A DNA stretch of 63,998 nt, filler included, from an uncultured bacterium (GTDB taxonomy: Bacteria; CAZSTA01), in NCBI GenBank assembly GCA_964609495.1. It is 5 parts of 5 records of this genome, joined end to end, with 100 filler letters (N's around TTAATTAATTAA, not from the genome) between each part and the next. Parts side by side here need not be neighbours in the genome. Positions count along the whole stretch, not along the records: positions 30,211 to 45,142 come from CAZSTA010000082.1; positions 45,243 to 60,025 come from CAZSTA010000084.1; 3 more parts are not named here. The stretch is one strand, 5' to 3'. The notes below the pieces were generated by a model. It did not search any database, was not told the DNA's origin, and saw nothing but the letters and a program-made list of their open reading frames with translations. Positions 39,129 to 50,590 of this stretch are shown here, one piece after another (positions within the stretch are counted from its first letter, which is position 1; each line of letters begins with the position of its first letter). A program made the translations under genes and the position numbers.

Positions 39129-41447
39129 ATGATGAAGAAATCATTTGTTTATCTGATAATAGTTATTATAGCTTTAGTTTTAGCTATCTCGATTATCCAG
39201 GCTGAGAAAAAGGGAACTTTTGCTTCCAATAAAACTCAAGGTAAAAAAGTTCCCTTTCAGTTGAGGATAATATCCTTTAAGATGGCTTCGGCTGAGGAAA
39301 ATGGCGCTAAGGTAGAGATGAGGATATCCGAACAGGATAATTATAGAGAGGCGATCCGATGGCTGAAGGCAACTGTAGGAGGAGAAGAGGCTCAGAGTAA
39401 CATCGAAGGAAGAGCTTATTATATACTGGGACAGCTCAACTTCAAGCTGAGGAGATGGGATAGAGCCAGATATTATCTCGAATTAGCCTCCGATATATAC
39501 CAGATACTAGGAGATTATACTCAATACTATATCGCTGAGACCTACTATAATTCTCGAGATTTTCCTAGGGCGATTATAATATACGAAGAGTTGTTGAAAC
39601 AATACCCTGATAGCATCTGGGCTCCTTCCTCTCAGTTGAAGATAGCTTTCGGCTATTTTCTGCTGGAGGATTTCGAATCCTCCGAAAAGGCTTTTCGCAA
39701 GCTGATCACTACTTATCCCAAAAGCAAGGAATCGGATAGGGCTTGGTTAGGGTTGGGAAGCAGTTTAGAAGAAGAGGGAAGGATAAAGGAGGCTATCGAT
39801 GTTTATCGAGAGCTTGAGTTCAAATTTCCTCTAAGTGCCTATGTTAATATAGCTCGCTCTCATTTAGCTCAATTAACGAGTGAATATAGGATAACACCTA
39901 GATTACCGACCGCAGATGAACTTTACGAGAGAATCGAAACTTATTACGAAGCTGGTAGATGTCAATCTGCGGTGGAAGATATAAAACAATTTCTATCACT
40001 GTATCCTGATAGCCCGCATAGTGATGATGCCGCTTTCCTCAGAGCTATGTGTAATTATAAGGTCAAGAATTATAAATGGGCTGGAATGTTCTTCCAACAA
40101 GTGATCGAAGATGAGAACTCATCTGAGGAGTATGTAGCTCAAGCTCGCCTGTATCTAGGAGATATCGAAAGGACGAACGGTAACCTTGAGAAAGCTATAA
40201 AGCTATATGGAGAGGTTATAAACTATCATCCTAAACTTCACTATGCAGTTGAGGCGGAATATCACCTCGCTGAGATAAGGAGTTGGCAGAAGGAGGATGA
40301 GCTTGCCATTTCGCTCTATCAGAAGCTAGTTGAGAATCATCCCGAAAGTTGGCTGGCTGATGATTCCCTCTGGAATATAGGTTGGCTTAGCTATCTAGGT
40401 GATAATTATGAGAGATCTTTTGAGGCATTTCATAAGTTGACCTCCGATTATCCATCTTCCAATAGAATCGTCGAGGCTCTATATTGGGAGGGGAAATCTG
40501 CCGAAAAGCTGGAGAAATGGGAGAAGGCAGTTTCCGCTTATCAAAAGCTGATACGCAAATATGCCTATACCTATTATGGATATAGAGCTCAGGAGAGAGT
40601 GGGATATCTCGAAATTCGTAATGTTCAAGAACTTTGGCAACGCACTGGTGAGGATAAGCAGAGTGAGGGTGAGATCGTAGATGATAAAGAGGAGATATAT
40701 ACACCCCAATTTGCTGAACATCTATCTAAAGGAGAGGAATTAACAGCTCTTACCTTTTATGATGAAGCGGCTAAGGAATTCGAATTAGCGCTCGAAGAGG
40801 TGGCGGAGGATACAAAGCTGGCTCTCAAATTAGCCGATACCTATAGTAAAGATAACGATCATCATAAAGCTTTGAAAGTTCTATGGAAATATTTCCCTAG
40901 ATATCTAAATGGTGAGTGGGCTCCAGATATACCGGGGGAGATTTGGAGTATAGCTTATCCCCTCGATTATTGGGAACTTGTAGAGCGATATTCACAGGAT
41001 AGGAACTTGCCACCTTTTCTGGTAATAGCTTTAATCCGAGAGGAGAGCACCTTCTATCCTAACGCTCAATCCTGGGCGGATGCCCGAGGACTGATGCAAG
41101 TTATCCCCAGCACTGGGGAGTGGATCGCCGAAAAAATAGAAATGGATGGTTATAATCACGGGCGCCTTTACGAGCCCGAGTTAAATATTATGTTGGGCAG
41201 TTGGTATCTCTCCTATCTGATGAATAGATTTGATGCGAACTTATTCCTAGTGCTAGCTGGATATAACGGCGGTCCCAATCGAGTTCAGAGATGGTGGGAT
41301 AATAAGAATAGCAGCGATATAGATCTCTTTGTGGAAACTATCCCCTTGGATGAAACTAGAAATTATGTTAAGAAAGTGTTGAGAAGTTATAATCAATATA
41401 AGAGAATATATGGAAATAGTGAGGAGGAACTAGGTAAATCTAGATAA
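39129..41447 (+). CDS. Soluble lytic transglycosylase with TPR array
   Basis: IREES, ARGLMQV, YNGGP, ETRNYVKKV; N-terminal TPRs and anchor/signal. Confidence 0.93.
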   Translation: MMKKSFVYLIIVIIALVLAISIIQAEKKGTFASNKTQGKKVPFQLRIISFKMASAEENGAKVEMRISEQDNYREAIRWLKATVGGEEAQSNIEGRAYYILGQLNFKLRRWDRARYYLELASDIYQILGDYTQYYIAETYYNSRDFPRAIIIYEELLKQYPDSIWAPSSQLKIAFGYFLLEDFESSEKAFRKLITTYPKSKESDRAWLGLGSSLEEEGRIKEAIDVYRELEFKFPLSAYVNIARSHLAQLTSEYRITPRLPTADELYERIETYYEAGRCQSAVEDIKQFLSLYPDSPHSDDAAFLRAMCNYKVKNYKWAGMFFQQVIEDENSSEEYVAQARLYLGDIERTNGNLEKAIKLYGEVINYHPKLHYAVEAEYHLAEIRSWQKEDELAISLYQKLVENHPESWLADDSLWNIGWLSYLGDNYERSFEAFHKLTSDYPSSNRIVEALYWEGKSAEKLEKWEKAVSAYQKLIRKYAYTYYGYRAQERVGYLEIRNVQELWQRTGEDKQSEGEIVDDKEEIYTPQFAEHLSKGEELTALTFYDEAAKEFELALEEVAEDTKLALKLADTYSKDNDHHKALKVLWKYFPRYLNGEWAPDIPGEIWSIAYPLDYWELVERYSQDRNLPPFLVIALIREESTFYPNAQSWADARGLMQVIPSTGEWIAEKIEMDGYNHGRLYEPELNIMLGSWYLSYLMNRFDANLFLVLAGYNGGPNRVQRWWDNKNSSDIDLFVETIPLDETRNYVKKVLRSYNQYKRIYGNSEEELGKSR

Positions 41448-41583
41448 TGCCAGTTTATGGGATCATTGTCTTCTCCGAATTAATCAAGCTACTGAAGGGT
41501 TTTCCCCTACTTTCTAACTGCCTCTTCTGAAGAGAAAAGATAAAAGATAGGAGATAAGGTAGCAGGCTCCCCGGAATTTTTTA

Positions 41584-41612
41584 TTGAAATTTCCCTCAAC
41601 TTATGTTATAAT
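41584..41612 (+). promoter_or_regulatory. Promoter upstream of the riboswitch (second similar copy with -10 at 41673)
   Basis: TTGAAA-17-TATAAT with TG. Confidence 0.7.
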
Positions 41613-41703
41613 TGAAATTAAGAGTTTACATAATTTCTAGCGGAATTTTATTAGAAATTCTCCAGACTTGGGTATAATGTAAGTAGATAACTAAATATCC
41701 ACA

Positions 41704-41784
41704 TTATGTGGAGGCGATGATTCTATAGTCTGTATTTGGGCACTTGGACTATAGGCTAGCCAATAGTGAAACCAGCCACTATAT
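41704..41784 (+). ncRNA. Cyclic-di-GMP-II riboswitch aptamer
   Basis: GGAGGCGATGA-CTATAGTC-TGTATTTGGGCACTT-GGACTATAG-..AGCCAATAGTGAAACCAGCC; CACT/AGTG pseudoknot; P1 GTGG/CCAC. Confidence 0.85.
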
Positions 41785-41802
41785 TCGTGGGTGGTATTTT
41801 TA
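41771..41802 (+). terminator. Riboswitch expression-platform terminator
   Basis: ACCAGCCAC-tatattc-GTGGGTGGT-ATTTTTT overlapping the P1 3' strand. Confidence 0.65.
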
Positions 41803-42138
41803 TATAATTTAAGGTGTATATATATATTCTATAGTTTCGCAGTTTTTGAAGATGCTAAACTGAAAACTCCATTTCCAAGCGGATTTTGGGATAGAGGAGG
41901 ATATGTGAAACAAATTCTGCAAAAATTCTTATTAATAGTAGGTTTTTTGAAAATCTGTGAAAGTATAGGATCTACTTAAAAATAAAAAATTATAAGAAGA
42001 ATTTTTGATGTAAGATCTTCTCTTTTTTTCTATTCTAATAATATATAGAGACTCAAGTATCGTATAAAAGATAAGGCGTATATATTGTTTGCTTCAATAG
42101 TTTCCGAAAAATCTTACTTAGAGGAGAGGTGAGATAAG

Positions 42139-45100
42139 TTGAGAAATTACAAACTCTATATTTTAACCTTTCTCGTAGTTATGTCCTCTTTAGCTTGGGA
42201 AGGAATCGCAAGTGCGATATCTGATAAGATCTCTCCCAAGCTTTGGGAGGAGGCTCAAACATCTCCCGAGGTGAAGGTGATAATCTATCTGAAGACTCAG
42301 CCTGTGCCTGAGATAGCGGAAAGGGTAAAAGCTGATTACAGGCCTCGGATAGAACAGTTGGAGAAACAGATACAATTGCTTTATCCCGATTTAACACCTA
42401 AGGGAGGGGAAAAAGATACAGATAAGGAAAGAGACCTGGCTCGTCGTTCTTTGGAATCCCTAACTCCTGAGGCGAAAGCGCAGATCAGAGCTCTGCATGT
42501 TCAGTTGGAGAGGGAGTTAGAGGATATGAGAATGGAAATAGTGGATAGTGCGGAATTTTTGATCAAGGGTGAGCAGGACACTTTGGCAAGCTATATCCAA
42601 TCGGTGGGAGGAAAGGTAAACTATAAGCTGAGAATAACCAATGTGATAACTGGGGTGCTTCCTAGCGATAAGCTTCAGGAGGTAGCGAATCGTTCTGAGG
42701 TTGGCTATATATACCACGATGAAAGGATGGAAGCCCATCTAAATCACAGTGTCTATGCTATAGATGCCGATGTCTGGAAAGATAATGGTTATCTAGGCAC
42801 TCCTTATGATGTAGCAGTGATAGACAGCGGAATCGATGATAGTCATCCAGCTCTATCCAGCAAGATGTCCCTGACTTATCAGAAAGTGTTCCTAGCTGGA
42901 GCAGGCAATCCAGCGTGGGATAATACCATCGATGATGTTAATGGTCATGGGACTCATGTCGCAGGTATAGTGACGAGCACAGATGGTACCTATGGAGGAG
43001 TAGCTAGTGTGGATCTACTCATCAACTGCAAGGCAGGTTATGATAGTAATGGGGTCGATGGAGGACCTGCCTATATGTATTGGTCCGATGGGATGGCGGC
43101 TGCAGATTGGGCGATAGCTGGCGCTATAAGCGATCATGCTGATGTGATAAACCTGAGCTATGGAAGTCATTCTTACAGTGGTGACGATACTGCCTATAGT
43201 CGCTTCTGGGATGGAGTGGTGATGGATATGAATATCCCAGTGGCTATCTCAGCAGGGAATGATGGGACATCATACCCTATCAGTGAGCCCAGTATAGCCT
43301 ATAACGTCTATAGCGTAGCCGCAGTTGACGATAAGAACGATGCCACTGCTGGCAATCCTGATAGAGGCGATGATACCATAGCTTCTTACAGTAGTAGAGG
43401 ACCAACACCTGGGGGAAGGAAGAAACCGGATATAGCTGCCCCTGGAGGCGAGATTTATCCTGCGATAATGTCCTGTGATAACTCCTGGGAGACAGCACCA
43501 GACTTTGTCTCTGGGATGGGGACTAGTATGGCAGCTCCGCATATAGCTGGTGCGCTAGTGATACTCCGTGATTATGGGATTTCCTGGACTCACGGGCAAA
43601 AAGCTGTTTTGCTGAACACCGCAGAGGATAAAGGAGGCGCTGATTGGGATACTGAGTATGGTTGGGGATATGTCGATCTCGCTCATGCTTACACCCACAG
43701 AAGTGACTATTTTTATGATACAGTTACCGCTTCTGGGACGCCTGGAGACTATGAGCTGTATAAGGGATATGTCTATTCAGGAGATACAGCGACCTTGGTC
43801 TGGGAGAGGCACGTAACCTACTCTGGAGCCAGTTATCCGATCACTTACTATTCGCTCAGCGATTTGGATCTCCGGATGTACAGACAATCGGACGGAGCAG
43901 CGCTCGATTATTCGACTTCCTGGATAGACAATGTAGAGCAGGTCCAAGCTTCGAGCTCTAATAATGTGGTCCTCAGGGTTAACTCTTTTTCGTTCCCTAC
44001 TGGCATAACCAGTGAATATTTCGCTTTAGCAACGGAGGAAGGCTTCACCCGCACCGATGGGCCATCTTTCAGCTTGACGACAACTAACTATAAGGCCATA
44101 GTGAACCGAAACTTCACTGCTCAAGTTACTGTGAATAACATCGGTGATGTGCCAGCCCATGGCGTCAACGTCGCTCTATCCCTTCCTACCGGAGTAAGCC
44201 TTATCTCTGGCTCCAATCCTCAGAATCTAGGGACTATCAATAATGGGTCGAGTAAGACTGCTACCTGGACTCTCAAAGCTACTTCTCTTGGAGCTCACAC
44301 TGTGAACGTGAACGTTAGTAGTTCTTCCTACGGAGAGTCCTTCTCTAAGACAGGCTCCTTCACAGTGACCGCTTCCAAACCTTATACCTGGTATTTTGGA
44401 CAGGGATATGGAGGGAGTGGCTGGCAAACCTATGTGATGATGTCTAACTCTAGTGCTTCCTCAGTGGCCTACGACGCTACCTTCTACAAGGAGGGAGGAG
44501 GAACAGTAACTGACTCGGGGACTATCAATCCCTATGCTCGAAAGACGATAGCCGCTCATCTCCTTCCTGGCTTGGGAGATGCCTTCTCGGCCAAGATAGA
44601 GACGGGTGGGCCGATAGTAGCCGAGCAACCGATGTATTGGAACTGGAGCGGGGGATTCCCTCAAGGAGGACATACCACCATCGGAGCACCGGCCTTATCA
44701 ACTACCTGGTATTTCGGACAGGGATATGGAGGGAGTGGCTGGCAAACTTATGTGATGATGGTTAATCCCCATAGCTATCCAGTGAACTACACTGCTTACT
44801 TCTACAAGGAGGGAGGAGGAACAGTAACTGACTCTGGGACCATCAATCCCTATGCTCGGAAGACGATAGCGGCTCATCTCCTCCCTGGCTTAGGAGATGC
44901 CTTCTGTGCCAAGATAGTGGCGAGTGACCCGATAGTAGCGGAGCAACCGATGTATTGGAACTGGAGTGGTGGCTTCCCCCAAGGAGGACATACCACTATC
45001 GGAGCACCGGCCTTGTCAAATACTTGGTATTTTGGACAGGGATATGGAGCGAGTGGCTGGCAAACCTATGTGATGATGGTTAATCCTCATAGCTTTCCAG

Positions 45101-45142
45101 TGACCTACACTGCTTACTTCTACAAGGAGGGAGGAGGAACAG
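42139..45142 (+). CDS. Secreted S8 (subtilisin-like) peptidase with Ig-like domain and C-terminal tandem repeats, 3' truncated
   Basis: Catalytic triad VIDSG, GHGTH, GTSMAAP; SAGN oxyanion; TWYFGQGY repeats. Confidence 0.93.
44386..45142 (+). repeat. 318-bp (106-aa) near-identical intragenic tandem repeats
   Basis: Units start at 44386, 44704 and 45022 (third cut by gap). Confidence 0.9.
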
Positions 45143-45242
45143 NNNNNNNNNNNNNNNNNNNNNNNNNNNNNNNNNNNNNNNNNNNNTTAATTAATTAANN
45201 NNNNNNNNNNNNNNNNNNNNNNNNNNNNNNNNNNNNNNNNNN
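45143..45242. other. Artificial contig junction
   Basis: N spacer with TTAATTAATTAA. Confidence 0.99.
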
Positions 45243-45313
45243 TTAAAGAATACCTGCTTACCTATTTAGGCTAGCAATCCAGATTGCTCTTTGAAAAGAA
45301 TACAATCAAGTTA

Positions 45314-45344
45314 AGAGCCCCACCTCTTATAAATGTGGGGCTCT
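45314..45344 (-). terminator. Hairpin downstream of the PEGA gene
   Basis: AGAGCCCCAC…GTGGGGCTCT. Confidence 0.65.
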
Positions 45345-45381
45345 GTTATCAACTTGCCTTATTCACATCATCTCTGATCTA

Positions 45382-47796
45382 CTACCAGAGTTTAGTCATA
45401 TAGACTTCGGTTATCCTTCGGGTCTCCCCTGCTCTCAAATCTCCTATATCCTCTACCCAAACCTCATATCCGGGCTTGAGCAGTACGAGCTGATGCCTTA
45501 TGCCAACCCTAACATCGGTTATTATTAGGGGAGTAGCCGATGTTTCTCCTCGCTTCTCTCCATCTAGGAAGACCTCGGCACCTCTTGGCACTGAGGATAT
45601 AGAGAGCGAGGCATATAGAGGAGTGAGGATCACATTGCGATAGGTAGTGCGATCGGGCTCGATGTCAATAAAGCGAGTCCAGACATCATAATCAAGAGCC
45701 TCGACTCTTAAACGGCGACCATCCTTCGCTATTACACTCGTCTCTGTTAGAGGAGTAACCCCTAAGAATTTATCATCAAGATAAACGCTAGCTCCTTGAG
45801 GAATGGAATCGACCTTCAAGAAGCCGTAACGGATGAGAGGGGTCAGGATAGAAGTTACAGTAGTAGTTTGATCGGGGGATATCTCCACCATCTTTTCCCA
45901 GGCCTTATAATCCGTAAGCTCTATCCTAATAACGTGGGGGACATTAGCCTCGACCCTAGTCCTGAAAATAGGAGTAAAACCTAAATAATCTCCGTCCAAA
46001 TATACCTTAGCTCCTGAAGGATCGGACTCGATATTGAGATATCCATAGCGAATAACTGGAGTTAAGGTAGCGGTTAAAGTCATAGTCCGATCGGGAGATA
46101 CCGTAAAGGTCTGCTCCCAAATCACATAGTCGGTTAGCTCAATTCTCGCTATATGGGGAATATTGGCTTCTACTTTAGTTCTAAAGAGAGGAGTTCTGCC
46201 TAGATATTCGCCATCCAAATAGATACTCGCAGAAGAGGGCTCTGATTCCACATCCAGATATCCATACCTGATCACGGGAACTAAGCTCGCGGATAAATTT
46301 AGACTCTCATCGGGAGATACTGTAAAGGTCTGATCCCAAATCACATGGTCAGCGAGTTCAACTCTCACTGTATGGGGAACATTCGCCTCTACTTTAATCC
46401 TAAAGAGAGGAGTTTCGCCTATATATTCGCCGTCCAGATAGACACTAGCTCCTGGGGGATCGGAAGTTATCCTTATATACCCATATCGAACTATTGGAAC
46501 TAGCGTAGCGGTTAGGGTTAAAGTTCTATCTACTCCTACTGAGAAGGTCTGAGTCCAAGTCAGATAATTCGATAACTCGATCTTCAAAGTATGTTTGACG
46601 TTAGCCTCTATTTCGGTCTTGGGGATAGGAGTCGCTCCTAGATACTCGCCATCTAGATAGACAGTGGCTCCGGCAGGATCAGAGTTCACCCTCACATATC
46701 CATATTGCATAAGAGACTCTAGCGAAGCAGTTATACCTAAACCCCTATTGGGAGCGACCTGGACCGCCTTACTCCAGCCCTCATAGCCTGCTAACTCAAC
46801 CCGCAAGTCATGAGGAACATCAGCCTCTATATCGGTCCTGGGCAAGGGAGTAATCCCTAGATATTCACCATCCAAATAGACACTAGCCCCTGAGGGATTG
46901 GAATCGACCTCGAGGAATCCATAGAGAACCGAGGGTGATAGGTAAGCGCTTACCCTGACCATCCTATCGGGAGATACGTTAACTGTATCTTGCCAGGTAT
47001 CATATCCTGACTTCATAACCTCTACGGTGTAAGTCCCAGCTAGGACCGCATAATCCATAGAAGTTGTCCCTATATAGTGACCATCCACATATACCTCTGC
47101 TCCTGAAGGATCTGAATCGATCCTGATCACTCCAGCATAGGAAGGACGACGCCCTACATAGAAGACCGCGCTATCCTCAGCCCACTTACTTTGGGGAAGA
47201 GGCTTTACTACCACCTTCAAGGCAGTAACGAACTCTCCCGGATCCTCGCTCACTGTCGCAAATCCGCTCTCCTCATATCCACTATAAGAGCTCAGATCCT
47301 GACCAGTTAGCCTTCTTCTATCGAGCGTTGCTATAGCCTTGATGATCTCCGTGCCGGGAGGTCCCTCTACCTCGAATTCAAAACCATAATCGGGACCGGG
47401 GATCTTATAAACCCTTCCCGCTTGGATGTAGTTATTCGAGTTATATCTATTGGGGAAGATAACATGCACATCGTTAGTGGTGGTGAAATCGAAGAGGGTT
47501 AAGTAACAATCTCGATCCGATTTGAAATAGACATATAACTTCTCCCCTGGTTGATATACCGCCCCATCTCCTTTATCTACCCATACATCTACATTGAAGG
47601 GCGCTGTCGGGTTGACTATTACCTTCGTCACCTCAATTTGCAAAGATTCCTCCTGCTTTTCCTCAACTACGACCTTCATAGCGCTCATCTCTTCCTCTTC
47701 ATCATTATCGTCAGCCCATACGGAAGTTATACCAATACTCATAACCAATAACATCGTCAGCAGAGAAATCACAACCTTAATCCCTTTACTATTCAT
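45382..47796 (-). CDS. Secreted DUF4384 + 8 PEGA-domain surface protein
   Basis: Signal peptide; VWVDK..YQPGE…IFPN…GPPGTE domain; eight SxPxGAxVYLDG repeats. Confidence 0.9.
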   Translation of the reverse strand: MNSKGIKVVISLLTMLLVMSIGITSVWADDNDEEEEMSAMKVVVEEKQEESLQIEVTKVIVNPTAPFNVDVWVDKGDGAVYQPGEKLYVYFKSDRDCYLTLFDFTTTNDVHVIFPNRYNSNNYIQAGRVYKIPGPDYGFEFEVEGPPGTEIIKAIATLDRRRLTGQDLSSYSGYEESGFATVSEDPGEFVTALKVVVKPLPQSKWAEDSAVFYVGRRPSYAGVIRIDSDPSGAEVYVDGHYIGTTSMDYAVLAGTYTVEVMKSGYDTWQDTVNVSPDRMVRVSAYLSPSVLYGFLEVDSNPSGASVYLDGEYLGITPLPRTDIEADVPHDLRVELAGYEGWSKAVQVAPNRGLGITASLESLMQYGYVRVNSDPAGATVYLDGEYLGATPIPKTEIEANVKHTLKIELSNYLTWTQTFSVGVDRTLTLTATLVPIVRYGYIRITSDPPGASVYLDGEYIGETPLFRIKVEANVPHTVRVELADHVIWDQTFTVSPDESLNLSASLVPVIRYGYLDVESEPSSASIYLDGEYLGRTPLFRTKVEANIPHIARIELTDYVIWEQTFTVSPDRTMTLTATLTPVIRYGYLNIESDPSGAKVYLDGDYLGFTPIFRTRVEANVPHVIRIELTDYKAWEKMVEISPDQTTTVTSILTPLIRYGFLKVDSIPQGASVYLDDKFLGVTPLTETSVIAKDGRRLRVEALDYDVWTRFIDIEPDRTTYRNVILTPLYASLSISSVPRGAEVFLDGEKRGETSATPLIITDVRVGIRHQLVLLKPGYEVWVEDIGDLRAGETRRITEVYMTKLW

Positions 47797-47883
47797 TATA
47801 TCTCTCCTCCTTAAAAGTTATTCTGAGGATTGATGATCTCCTTTAACTATAAATTAAGAAAATGTATTCCAAAAGTTTCAACT

Positions 47884-48330
47884 TTATTTCTTCACTTCAG
47901 GAGGCGGAGTTACTACTCCCTTACTGATAATATCTAGTCTATGAGAATTCATAAAACATCTTCCCCAAAACATAGCCCCCGCAGATATATCCAAAGAATT
48001 GGTGGTGATATCCCCATATAACCTACCACTTTCAGTGAGTATCACCTTCTCCTCCGCCATAGCATTTCCATGTAGCTCCCCTGATATTATAATCTGCTTG
48101 GCTCTTACATTTGCTGAGAGCTTCGCACTTTCTGCGATTATAACTCCACCTCTGACCTCTATTTCCCCCTCAAATCGCCCCTCGATCTTAACAGTCTGAT
48201 TGCTCTTCAGATCGCCTTTGAACTGGGTAGCCTTTCCTAATATCGTAATTACCTCTACTGGAGGATGGACAACTGTGGGCTGAACAGCTGGTAACGTTGT
48301 TGTAGTATCCTTTCTTTTTCTCCCGAACAA
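47884..48330 (-). CDS. Bactofilin (polymer-forming cytoskeletal protein)
   Basis: TILG..TQFKGDL…IEGRFEGEI…GDITT..L.I..GA.F.G; adjacent to an M23 peptidase. Confidence 0.92.
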   Translation of the reverse strand: MFGRKRKDTTTTLPAVQPTVVHPPVEVITILGKATQFKGDLKSNQTVKIEGRFEGEIEVRGGVIIAESAKLSANVRAKQIIISGELHGNAMAEEKVILTESGRLYGDITTNSLDISAGAMFWGRCFMNSHRLDIISKGVVTPPPEVKK

Positions 48331-48429
48331 TAGATTTCCCCCCTTTTATAAAATGAGCAGGAAGGCGAATAGACCTTGCCACCCTGCTCTCATAATACAT
48401 ATTTACCTAATCGCCCCAAGCAAAGCGAA

Positions 48430-49413
48430 TCACGGCAGATAATTGAGAGGATCGGTAGGTCGATCCTTGATTCGAACCTCATAATGACAGTGAGGACCGG
48501 TACTTCGACCAGTACTACCTAGATAAGCTATTGCATCCCCTCTCCTTACCCATTGTCCTTTCTTCACTAAGTTCGCCGAATTATGGGCATACAGAGTAGA
48601 GAAACCGTATCCATGGTTGATTATAACTGTATTTCCGTATCCACTTTTCCAGCCAGAAAATTGTACTACACCATCCGCGGTAGCTCTAATAGATGTTCCC
48701 GTAGGAGCTATAATATCCACTCCATTATGCATCTCCCACTTTCCGTCAATGGGGGATTTTCTCCGTCCGAAGAAGGAGCTTATCCAGCCCACAACTGGCC
48801 ATATACTAGGAGTGGCAGCAGCTATAGCCCTCCTTTCTACCAGGACCTGTTTATCCTTATCCAACTTCTTAGTTATAGCGGATCCCTTCTCAAAACGATC
48901 AAAGTTTTCCCAGATCATCGCTACCCCTGAGATAGCAACTGCTCTGCTTTGATCAAGTCCTACTCCCGCCTCCTCAGTTAAGGATAGAGTCTCTGTTCCT
49001 CCTCCTTGTCCCCCCTCTTTAAACTCCAGTTCAGCCAGCCTCTCATCGCTGGGAGCAGCCAGACCTGCTAATTCCCTTATCTCCCTATCCAATCTATCCA
49101 ATTCCTTAAGTCTCTGAAGCAACAGATCGCTTTGTTTACGAAGGGAAAATAACTCCCTCTCCTGGATACTAAGTTTATTACCAAGTTCAGCTGCTCGGAC
49201 TTTATCCTCTCTCCTTCCTCTCTGTAATAGCATTTGCTCAGCTCTGATATTTCTATAGTGCATAACGAAGATAGTAGAAGCACTACCAGATAGAAATAGA
49301 AATATCACTAAACAGAAAATAACCCATATAGGAAGCCTAAAGCTTAATTTTGAGCCCTCGCCGTGGGGAACGATCATAATTGTGAACGCGGACGTTCTCT
49401 TCCTCCGGCGCAA
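48430..49413 (-). CDS. M23-family metallopeptidase
   Basis: HNGVD, YAH, STGPHCHYEV; N-terminal TM and coiled coil. Confidence 0.93.
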   Translation of the reverse strand: MRRRKRTSAFTIMIVPHGEGSKLSFRLPIWVIFCLVIFLFLSGSASTIFVMHYRNIRAEQMLLQRGRREDKVRAAELGNKLSIQERELFSLRKQSDLLLQRLKELDRLDREIRELAGLAAPSDERLAELEFKEGGQGGGTETLSLTEEAGVGLDQSRAVAISGVAMIWENFDRFEKGSAITKKLDKDKQVLVERRAIAAATPSIWPVVGWISSFFGRRKSPIDGKWEMHNGVDIIAPTGTSIRATADGVVQFSGWKSGYGNTVIINHGYGFSTLYAHNSANLVKKGQWVRRGDAIAYLGSTGRSTGPHCHYEVRIKDRPTDPLNYLP

Positions 49414-49451
49414 ATCCTACCACCACCTTTCTTTACTCAATTAGGGAAAAT

Positions 49452-49527
49452 TGGCTGGGGCGGGAGGGCTCGAACCTCCAAATGACGGATCCAAAGTCCG
49501 TTGCGTTACCGATTTCGCCACGCCCCA
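49452..49527 (-). tRNA. tRNA-Gln(UUG)
   Basis: TGGGGCG acceptor, anticodon arm ACGGA-CTTTGGA-TCCGT, GGTTCGAG T-loop, encoded CCA. Confidence 0.97.
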
Positions 49528-49533
49528 CTAGTA

Positions 49534-49806
49534 TCATCCCATGTCCCTAGCCTCTGCTTCTCTATAAGCAGCTAATACCGCGTCTTGGATAATCTGACGA
49601 GCCTCATTGACTATGGGGTGAGCAATATCCCAATATTCTCCATTCCGAAGTTGCTTACTGGGCATAACTACAAAGAGCCCATTGCTTCCCTCAATCACCC
49701 TTAGATCATGAACAACAAAAGAATCATCTATAGTAATAGAGGCGAAAGCCCTCAGATTACTGTCTCTTTCCACCCTTCTTACCCTCACATCCGTGATCTC
49801 AATCAA
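49534..49806 (-). CDS. spoVG: Septation regulator SpoVG
   Basis: [32 protein letters not shown]. Confidence 0.96.
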   Translation of the reverse strand: MIEITDVRVRRVERDSNLRAFASITIDDSFVVHDLRVIEGSNGLFVVMPSKQLRNGEYWDIAHPIVNEARQIIQDAVLAAYREAEARDMG

Positions 49807-49809
49807 GGG

Positions 49810-50568
49810 TCAACACCTTCCTTTCAGAATCCTCCTGACATATCTTAGATCGGTGGGCTTATCAACATCTACTCCTATCTCTGGATACGGCATATCGATA
49901 GCCGCCGCTTCACAGCCGAATATAGATGAGACTCGCCTCTCCACGTCAGCAATAGTTAAGGTCTTAATTAGGAATTTAATTAAGCATCTCGATCCTACTA
50001 ATCTAGCAAGTTGCCACATACTCTTACGGTACTTTATCGTTTTTTCAACTATATCAGTGAATTTATCGACCAAAGAGGTGTTGACAAGCATCATATTACC
50101 CCCGACGTATACCCCCTCTTTGATCCTAACGTAAGTCCTTTTTATCCCTGGATATTTCTCCTCGAAATATTCTTTTTTAATTATAGGATAGCATATCTCA
50201 GCTTTCTTTTTTATAGAGCACTCGATGAAATCATTTATTATCTGGGAAGTTATAAGTGGTATATCGGTAGTCGATATAACCGCCAGAGTATCTTCTGGTA
50301 AAGAACGAACACCTGCTCTTATATTGCCCATCAGGGAACCGCTGTCCTCCATAATTCGATCGACTTTAGAAGAGAAACGACTCAACTCCTCATAAGGTCC
50401 TACCAAGATTATATTATCTACGTGCCCGGAGTTGTCCATAGCATCTAACACATATTCAACCATTGGCCTCCCATTGATATCCAAGAAAGCTTTGTTTGGT
50501 AACTGATACCCCTCTCCAAACTTTTCCGCAGGAGGCTCTCCTCCAGCAACCAAGATCACACTAGGCAT
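49810..50568 (-). CDS. MobA-like nucleotidyltransferase
   Basis: ILVAGG, KAFLDINGRPM, DIP, DVDKPTDL. Confidence 0.85.
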   Translation of the reverse strand: MPSVILVAGGEPPAEKFGEGYQLPNKAFLDINGRPMVEYVLDAMDNSGHVDNIILVGPYEELSRFSSKVDRIMEDSGSLMGNIRAGVRSLPEDTLAVISTTDIPLITSQIINDFIECSIKKKAEICYPIIKKEYFEEKYPGIKRTYVRIKEGVYVGGNMMLVNTSLVDKFTDIVEKTIKYRKSMWQLARLVGSRCLIKFLIKTLTIADVERRVSSIFGCEAAAIDMPYPEIGVDVDKPTDLRYVRRILKGRC

Positions 50569-50590
50569 TAAATATATTCCCCTTTTGGAA

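Noticed and set aside
44386-45142. Repeats as a DGR TR/VR pair or CRISPR array
   Set aside because: In-frame coding tandem repeats; no spacers, no adenine-specific variation evident, no RT or cas gene in the window
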